Shown piece after piece: positions 52,153 through 64,000 of a stretch of 64,000 bases of DNA. The translations under genes were made by a program, and so were the position numbers. This DNA comes from Callorhinchus milii. Lineage: Eukaryota. The notes under the pieces were generated by a model, which did not search any database, had not been told where the DNA came from, and worked only from the letters and a program-made list of their open reading frames with translations. The stretch's first letter is position 1; each line of letters starts with the position of its first letter. Where the stretch lies: contig NW_024704749.1 in NCBI RefSeq assembly GCF_018977255.1, positions 12,772,001 through 12,836,000 of the forward strand, in the 5' to 3' direction.

Positions 52153-52790
52153 TCATAGAATTACAGAATTATACAACGCAGAAGGTGGCCATTCGGCCCA
52201 TCGTGTCTGTGCTGACTCTTTGAAAAGAGCTATTCAAATCAATCTCACTCGCCCACTCTCTCCCCATAGCCCTGCAAACTTGTCCTCCCCAAATAATTAT
52301 CTACTTCTCTCTTAAAAGTTGTTATCAAATCGGCTTCCACCACCCTTTCAAACAATGCACTCCAGATCTGAACAACCTCACTGTGTGAAAAAATTTCTCC
52401 TCACCTCCCCTCTGTTTCTTTTAACAACTATTTTAAATTGGTGCCTTCAGATTACCGACCTATCCCCCCAGTGGAAATGGTTTCTCCTTATTCACCCTAT
52501 CGAATTCCACTCATGATTTTGAAAACTTGTATTAAGTTTCTTCTTAACCTTCTCTGCTAGAAGCTAGAAAATAATCCTAGCTTCTCTAGCCTCCCCTCAT
52601 ACTGAAGTCCAGCATTCCTGGTACCATCCTGGTAAATCTCTTTTGCACCCTCTCCAATGCCTTGACATGCTTCCTAAAGTGCGATGCCCAGAACTGAACA
52701 CAGTCTCTAGCTGAGGCCTAACCAGTGTTTTATGAAGGTTCATTAGAACTTCCTGAGTTTTGTATTCTATGTCCCTATTTATAAAGCCAT
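52153..52790 (-). mobile_element. CR1 LINE 3' fragment
   Basis: Minus strand YKTLVRPQL..VQFWASHFRKHVKALERVQKRFTRMVPG, FFTQ motif and GGGCCGAATGGCC 3' UTR. Confidence 0.85.
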
Positions 52791-55700
52791 ATCATATATA
52801 TCGACTCTATATTAATTATTATCTTGTGTGTGGGGCAAGTTGCTGTTGTGAGCTATTGAACCCGGTGGGGGTGGGGGTGGGGGGGGGAGAATACAGCCCA
52901 GATTCTCACTATATGATGGGAATTCAGTGTCCAGGAAATTCTTACTTCAGTCAGTGTAACCCTGGTGATAGGATGGAATAGCACCTCAGCACTGTCCTCT
53001 TCTGAGCTGTGTGAACTGTCTGTGTGAGCCGGGGGTGTGTGTGTGTGTGTGTGCGTGAGCTGTGTGTGTGCGTGAGCTGTGTGTGTGTGTGCGTGAGCTG
53101 TGTGTGTGCGTGAGCTNNNNNNNNNNNNNNNNNNNNNNNNNNNNNNNNNNNNNNNNNNNNNNNNNNNNNNNNNNNNNNNNNNNNNNNNNNNNNNNNNNNN
53201 NNNNNNNNNNNNNNNNNNNNNNNNNNNNNNNNNNNNNNNNNNNNNNNNNNNNNNNNNNNNNNNNNNNNNNNNNNNNNNNNNNNNNNNNNNNNNNNNNNNN
53301 NNNNNNNNNNNNNNNNNNNNNNNNNNNNNNNNNNNNNNNNNNNNNNNNNNNNNNNNNNNNNNNNNNNNNNNNNNNNNNNNNNNNNNNNNNNNNNNNNNNN
53401 NNNNNNNNNNNNCACAGTGGCGGTCTACCCCCCACCCAACACACACGTTATGCTTTGTTGGGACTGTGCTGTGCAGTGCTGCATTGTGTTTGTGTATATG
53501 AGCTGTTNNNNNNNNNNNNNNNNNNNNNNNNNNNNNNNNNNNNNNNNNNNNNNNNNNNNNNNNNNNNNNNNNNNNNNNNNNNNNNNNNNNNNNNNNNNNN
53601 NNNNNNNNNNNNNNNNNNNNNNNNNNNNNNNNNNNNNNNNNNNNNNNNNNNNNNNNNNNNNNNNNNNNNNNNNNNNNNNNNNNNNNNNNNNNNNNNNNNN
53701 NNNNNNNNNNNNNNNNNNNNNNNNNNNNNNNNNNNNNNNNNNNNNNNNNNNNNNNNNNNNNNNNNNNNNNNNNNNNNNNNNNNNNNNNNNNNNNNNNNNN
53801 NNNNNNNNNNNNNNNNNNNNNNNNNNNNNNNNNNNNNNNNNNNNNNNNNNNNNNNNNNNNNNNNNNNNNNNNNNNNNNNNNNNNNNNNNNNNNNNNNNNN
53901 NNNNNNNNNNNNNNNNNNNNNNNNNNNNNNNNNNNNNNNNNNNNNNNNNNNNNNNNNNNNNNNNNNNNNNNNNNNNNNNNNNNNNNNNNNNNNNNNNNNN
54001 NNNNNNNNNNNNNNNNNNNNNNNNNNNNNNNNNNNNNNNNNNNNNNNNNNNNNNNNNNNNNNNNNNNNNNNNNNNNNNNNNNNNNNNNNNNNNNNNNNNN
54101 NNNNNNNNNNNNNNNNNNNNNNNNNNNNNNNNNNNNNNNNNNNNNNNNNNNNNNNNNNNNNNNNNNNNNNNNNNNNNNNNNNNNNNNNNNNNNNNNNNNN
54201 NNNNNNNNNNNNNNNNNNNNNNNNNNNNNNNNNNNNNNNNNNNNNNNNNNNNNNNNNNNNNNNNNNNNNNNNNNNNNNNNNNNNNNNNNNNNNNNNNNNN
54301 NNNNNNNNNNNNNNNNNNNNNNNNNNNNNNNNNNNNNNNNNNNNNNNNNNNNNNNNNNNNNNTATTATAAATTAATTGTTTGTAAATCTGTTTGTATCTG
54401 AAAAGCTTTTCCTTATGATTCTCGGTTCAGACCTTTTGAAACTTACGGATTTGAAGTAACTCTGTGTGTGGGGGGTGGGGGGGGGGACTGTGTGTGCATG
54501 TGTGTGTGTGTGTGTGTGTGGGAGGAATTATGTGTGTGGTGGTGGTGGGGTGTGGGCTGTGAGTGGGTCAGGGCTGACCCCAATGGCTGGGAGTTAATTC
54601 CTGCCAATATAAACAGGAGTTGTGGCCGGACGCCAGGATTATTTATATCAAGGACTGGTTATTATCAGTGAAAGTGTTTACTCTGCATTTTTTCACTTGT
54701 GACTGTCATAAACAGCTGAACCCTGGCAACCAGCATTGCCTCAGCCATTGAGAGATTATAACAGGGCAATGTACCTGGAATGGGGGAGGGGTTGGGGAGG
54801 GTGAATGGAGGAATATCCTCGGAGTCCAGGTCCTGTGTGTTTCTTTACACTGCGCTCATGGGGAGGGATTAGCCTGTCTGTCCCTGTGGGTCAGGGATGG
54901 CAAGTGGGGCTGAGTGTGGAGTGCCCCTCACACACACCCACACACGGGAAATACTGCGTGTGATAACCCTGAATGTGTGTTGTTGTGGGAGGATGAGTAA
55001 CTCAACAACAACAACTTGCATTTATATGGCACCTTCACACACAGCAGCGTCTCATAGCTCCTGGGAGCAGTAGGTACAATAGACACATGGCTTTCCGAGG
55101 GTCGCCCTATTGAAGGCCAGAATCTGTTCTGTGTTTCACTGGACTCTGTTTTTCCAACAGCTCGAGCCGCTGAAATCCTCTGAGAAGCTTTGCCGACAAC
55201 TCATCTACCACCTGATGCCACATCCACCGGGCACAGGAAGTGGCACAGGAGGAAGCCATGGCCACAGCAACGCCAGGGCCTAAACTACCCACAGGGGCCG
55301 ACAGCTTGTAATAACCATCAGTAAACGCACAGCGTGTGCGTAAGTCACACTGACTCACAATCTCAGCCCAACACCGGTGGCTGTGACGGCTGTGATCGAT
55401 CCCATGTTAGTGTCTCCTCACGGCAGTTGGTCACCAAGACTGATTTGACCACTTGTGTTTGCTGATGTAGTCTGACAGTCACCAGGCAGAGAGAAGTTTC
55501 CTATTGCTCGCTGGGGCGGGTGAACTTCAGCACCAACAGGGAGGTGAATCACCTGTGTCAGTGTTCGCTACCTTATCGTCTGTGTGAACACCACAGGGTC
55601 TGACACCAACTCTCATTTTTAGCCGTCAAACTATCCTTGATGGGAGTTTGGAGATAAACAACCATGGTCCCAGCTTCCTTGGGCCACTTTAACCCTCGCA

Positions 55701-58700
55701 CTTATACCACTGAGAATAAGAGTCACTAACATTGGCACAGGCTGGTCACAGTGCTCAACAGCAATAATGAGCACTGAGGCTCAATAGAGCATCATGTTAT
55801 AGTGTCAACTGTGGGTCCCAGGAATCTGGGATGGGGCCGGGAATCTGAAGCCCATTGGCTCCCAGCAGTTCCCTCTGAGCTGCCCGGCTCCCCCAGGCAG
55901 TCACAGTGCGGAGTGTCGGCTTGAGGCTGTGACTGCTGGAGACTGGAGAGACACTGAGCACCAACAGCTACAGTCACTGGGCTGTTCCCATAGCAACAAC
56001 ACCGGAAATTCACATATCATTCCCAAGGAAAGCAACAAAAACTCTCTTCATTCATTTTGTTTCACCCAATAACCCTTGGCTTAACTAGTCTTGACACTTA
56101 AAGTCATCGCGTTGTCACTATCCTGGCCACATTTATTTATGTGTTTATAGACACCCCTAACCTCCGCTGCTGAGAACTGGTCACTGAGCCCTTTACACTC
56201 AGAACGACCAGCAATTGGGAGTTTACTATATCACGTAGCAGACTGTGTTTAACACACTCTAGCCCACGTGGGTCTTGTTTAACACGCTCTAGCCCACTTG
56301 CGTCTTGTGTTTAACACGCTCTAGCCCACGTGTTCTGCCTATTATCCAAACCCTGGGAGTAGATTGGGGCCTTGTGCTTATCCGCCCTCACTCACTGGCC
56401 AATCTGTTTTCTCTTTTCCCAGTTTAAAAATTACACGGCAGAAGGTCCTGCTCAGGGACTCGCTAGACCTGACAGGGATGTCACTATGTGATTTATTCCC
56501 TAGAGCTGCACGGAGATGCCCTGGTCTCCATTGACCTGAGCTTCGCTGAGCTTCCACCTGCTTGTGCCCTTCCTGGCTTCTCTGCCCAAACTCACTAACC
56601 TGGCGCTGAATAGGAATCGGAGTCATCCTCAAGGACATGATGGAGACCATAAAGGAGCTGGAAAAGTTCCTGTCGCTGACCTGGATTGACCTCGGCAACA
56701 ACACCGACAGATATTCGCTGTCACAGCCGCTGCTGGTCGGGCTGTGGAGACGCTGCAGCCTCCAGGGCGCCATGTCCACCATCCCCGAGACCACTGAGGG
56801 TCTGAGCTGCAACCTGGCCGTGGAGCCTTCACCCAAACCACAGGGGGAGCCAAGGCCGGGAAGCGCTTTCACACAGACCTTATCACCAGCAAACTGTGCA
56901 AGGTGACTGGCCAAAGGGGTTGGAAACGAGAGGTTTGAACTTTGAGAATGCGGAAGGCTTTCCCGAGGGAACGTTCGGGCCGACTCGAGCCACAGCAGGT
57001 TGGGAGCCCCATTGGTTTGTCAACTGTCGGTATCTGAGAGCCTGCCATCAATCAACACCATCAACCCATCACACAGAGCAGTAAAGGCACTTACATTGTG
57101 AGACGATGCAGTGGACAGTGATGCCGGCATTGGGAGATAGAGAAACCACTTTCCTATCGACAGACGAAATCTCCTCTTTCATATTTATACAAACAAGTCT
57201 TCACGGAGAGTGAGACATAGTGACTAAGTGACCAAGGTCGTGGTTACGGATCAGAAGTAGAACAAGAAGTAAAGTGGGCCCAGCTCTCACCCTGGGCCTG
57301 TCTCACAGTCTGTCCCTCTGTTGCTTTGTGTTTGTTAATCTCCCAACAAACAATTAGACCATTGGCTCAGCCAACTGCGGAGCATGTGACTGGGGGAAAC
57401 TGCAGTGTCAGGACATGGAACCATTGGCTTCATTGGAACTAATGAGGTTTCTCCAGAGAACACAGCTTCGTGACCAGAGAGCATCATTTTAATTTCTCTC
57501 ATGTAAAACAGCTGCTGCCTGTCCAGGCCTCCGCTTCCCCTTCACTCCGTGTATACACAATCCCACCTCCCCTCTTCATTATGTCTTTTTGTAAAATTAA
57601 ATCATTTATCTTGATACATTTAAGTTTTATAACTAGATGATTGATTTTGACTTCTTAATGGGTTGGAACTGGATTATTGAACCTTTTTGTACAATGATGT
57701 GTTAAATTGTGATGTTTATCAGAAGTGAGCAGCCGCCAGCTGTCACTGACTGTCCATCTCCAGCCCCAGCTACAAACAGAATTTATGCGTTTTGCAGTTA
57801 TTAAATTTATTGGTCCAATAATTGTAGTTATTTAAGTGAAAATCAGTTTTCCTTAACCATCACTGTACAGACCACAGAAAATCAACCCATTAAAACCTGG
57901 GTAAGAAACACTTTAAACCACTTTAAGAGATTTTTTTACTTTTAACTAAAATTTTTACGTTTAAAATTACTTTGAGGCCCACAACAAAGTGCGGAGTGTG
58001 TGCTGCCATATAACTTCTCTCCCCAATTTCCAAGCTCCAGTCAGTCAGTCACCCAAAATGATGGAGCCAGAGCAGCACGTGGAAATAGTGATGATGTTAC
58101 ATCAGGCTCAATGCTACGACTGTACAGTCTTTCACCTCCAAGGGCAGTCAACTTGCTTTTAGTCAGTGCATTAAGTGTTATTCATATCTAATCACATCCG
58201 TCTCCAGCAGCTGGCGCCAGTTGCTTATAAATGACCAATTGTGTTGGATGGGGTCAGTATGATGTCCATGTTGGTGGTTTTACTGATATCATCCACCCCA
58301 CGCAAACTGCAGAGTAACATGGACCCGCTGGACAGGTGCTGTGATCGGTGTAGAGCAACTGTAAATGTTATAGTACCACAAAAATTGTTGTGTCTCTATG
58401 TACTTCAATAAAAAGTTTCAATATGATTATTTACCCCCATCGTGTCTCTTCTTTCTTCCGGGGAATTAGTGTTGAGCAGAGCCACACCGAGCATCATGTC
58501 ATCATAAACCTCGCTAAATAAAGACTGTTCAGTCAGATTCCTTCCAATCACATAAACAATAATCCTGACATTTGATATCGCAGCTAATTGCAGTCCAAAG
58601 TAATGCACAATCTAACCCAGAATCCACAGGTCTGAAAGGGAGTCACAAGCTGGTGTCTCACCAGAACCTGCCCCTCATGAGCTGTAGATCATTTAATCTG

Positions 58701-59189
58701 CTGAGGAGGATTTGCAAACTGCCCTGAGGAAGGTAACAAACTGGAGGCGGCTCCCGGGGTCTCAGCTCAATTAGGCAGAATTCACAATCCAACTCAGACC
58801 AGATACACAATAAACATTGCTCACAGATCAGCCCAAACTTATCACCACCGGGGACTCCCTCCCTCCACGGCAGCTGCACAGACTGCGCTGTGATTCAGGT
58901 TCATCGGATCAAACAGAACCCATACCCGATTCCCCACCTGCACCGACACCGACTGCTGGTCGCTATCCGTGAGGAGATGTTTCCAGTTACGAGTGGTCAG
59001 TTACCCGGTCAGTTAGTGATTAACCCAGAATCACTTGTTACGTAACAATGGCTCAGCAGCCGGTCAATCATTGGGGAATGAGCCGAGGCCGCCCTCTGCT
59101 GGTGGTGCCTTGCAGTGACACCTGGAGAATGTTTGGTTAATACAGTAATAAACAATCCAGTCATTGTTCACTCAAAAGTGCTTCATATC

Positions 59190-59507
59190 ATAATAATAAT
59201 CCTTGCATTTGTTACAGTGCTTTTCATGTCTATTAGACCTCTCAAAGTGTTTCACAGGACACACTGTAAAGTGAATTGACTGTATATTTGTGGGCGAACG
59301 CGGCAGCCAATTGTGCACAGCAATGTCCCACAAACAGTCATAGATTGAAAATGACCAATTTATTATTGTTTTTGGTTTTGGAGGAATTATTATTAGGCTC
59401 TGTGTGGAGTAAGGAAACTTGCCCAAGGTTTCGCCCTCTGCCTGGAATTGAACTCAGGTCTCTCACTTGCAAAGCGAGTGCTCTAACCACTGAGTTACAG
59501 GACTCAT
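59190..59507 (-). mobile_element. Young tRNA-derived SINE
   Basis: Near-identical to 26293-26617 over most of its length. Confidence 0.9.
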
Positions 59508-60017
59508 GGACTGTAAAATGCAGTGACTGACTAATGTAGCGCAGCCTCTGAAAAATAAGAAAGTTCATTTTGACGCAGCACCCTCAATGTCAAGAGAATA
59601 TCTCAAAGCTTTTCACACGATAGTGTAATGGCTGTATTTTGTACATAAATGTGGCAGCCAATTTGTGTGCGGCAACATCTTGCAAACAGCCATGAAGTGA
59701 ATGACCAATTTTATTTATAGGATTGTTGGCCAAGGCAGTGGGGTAAACTCTCTGAATGTACATGTTAGCACACTAAACCAGTATTCCATTTTCTTCTCTG
59801 TGGTTAGTATATTGAGATTTGGTGCTAGATATCTGCAATGCACACCTCAGCAACTTATAGTCTCACATCAAGCCCAGTCATTAGTGAGCCATGTCCTCTT
59901 CAGAGGCTTTTAGAAAGGAGTGTGTGCAATTGTTAACATCAGGAACATGAGCAACAATGGCTGAAACAAACCCAACTTTCTACCAGATCAGGTAACAAAC
60001 TTTTGTGGAAAAAAACG

Positions 60018-60023
60018 TTTATT
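60018..60023 (-). terminator. AATAAA polyadenylation signal of SNRPD3
   Basis: tttatt on +, about 115 nt after the stop codon. Confidence 0.75.
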
Positions 60024-60136
60024 GACAACATAAGTAAGTCTACAAACATAAGTCGTCTATCAGCATCAGTAAAATTCAACTGAATTACAAAACAGAAATA
60101 CAAATCAGCAATCCTGCAAATCCTCCCGCAAATTAT

Positions 60137-63919
<3,783 letters not shown>

Positions 63920-64000
63920 TAAGCATAATGCTTTATATTCATTTAAAAACAATTCTTTATTTTAATGTCGCGCAATAACAATCTGATCAGCCTCTGGCTC

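Larger units (their letters stand above)
51560..56906 (+). pseudogene. LRRC75B: LRRC75B (FAM211B) unprocessed pseudogene
   Basis: Exon-1-like remnant YRSLVRWLGAVQ near 51565. Exon at 55161 LEPLKSSEKLCRQLIYHLMPH runs into TAA at 55281. Last exon 56423-56906 has four homologous blocks (LKITRQKVLLRDSLDLTGMSL / LHGDALVSIDLSFAEL / HLLVPFLASLPKLTNLALNRNR / WIDLGNNTDRYSLSQPLLVGL..CAR*) separated by three frameshifting deletions. Position between SNRPD3 and GGT1, antisense to GGT1, is syntenic. Confidence 0.85.

Noticed and set aside
53062-54375. 437-aa ORF and other X-rich ORFs
   Set aside because: Artefacts of N gaps.
56637-56906. 89-aa ORF as an intact short protein
   Set aside because: It is the last frame block of the frameshifted LRRC75B exon and starts at an internal Met.

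Overview
Vertebrate genomic DNA with spliced genes, N gaps and dense SINE/L2/CR1 repeats. The repeat families suggest a cartilaginous fish such as a chimaera (inference). Gene order: SMPD4 (-, 19 coding exons, 827 aa); a repeat-rich 11-25 kb interval with no identifiable gene; GGT5 (+, 12 exons, 563 aa); two intact tandem GGT1 paralogs (-, 12 exons, 572 aa each); a frameshifted LRRC75B pseudogene (+); SNRPD3 (-, 126 aa); and the first 3 exons of GUCD1 (+). The GUCD1-SNRPD3-LRRC75B-GGT1-GGT5 block matches the known mammalian synteny. Most notable: (1) the GGT1 pair is a mosaic, near-identical across exon 4 and the exon 5-8 block including introns but diverged in exons 1-3, 9 and 12, and copy B has a rewritten lid loop; (2) LRRC75B appears to be a unitary pseudogene; (3) SMPD4 has a U12-type intron and a cluster of candidate alternative exons including a 12-nt microexon; (4) a ~0.9 kb inverted duplication looks like a SINE-driven 5' transduction out of GGT5 intron 1. 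All homology calls come from recalled protein motifs and manual reading, not database searches.
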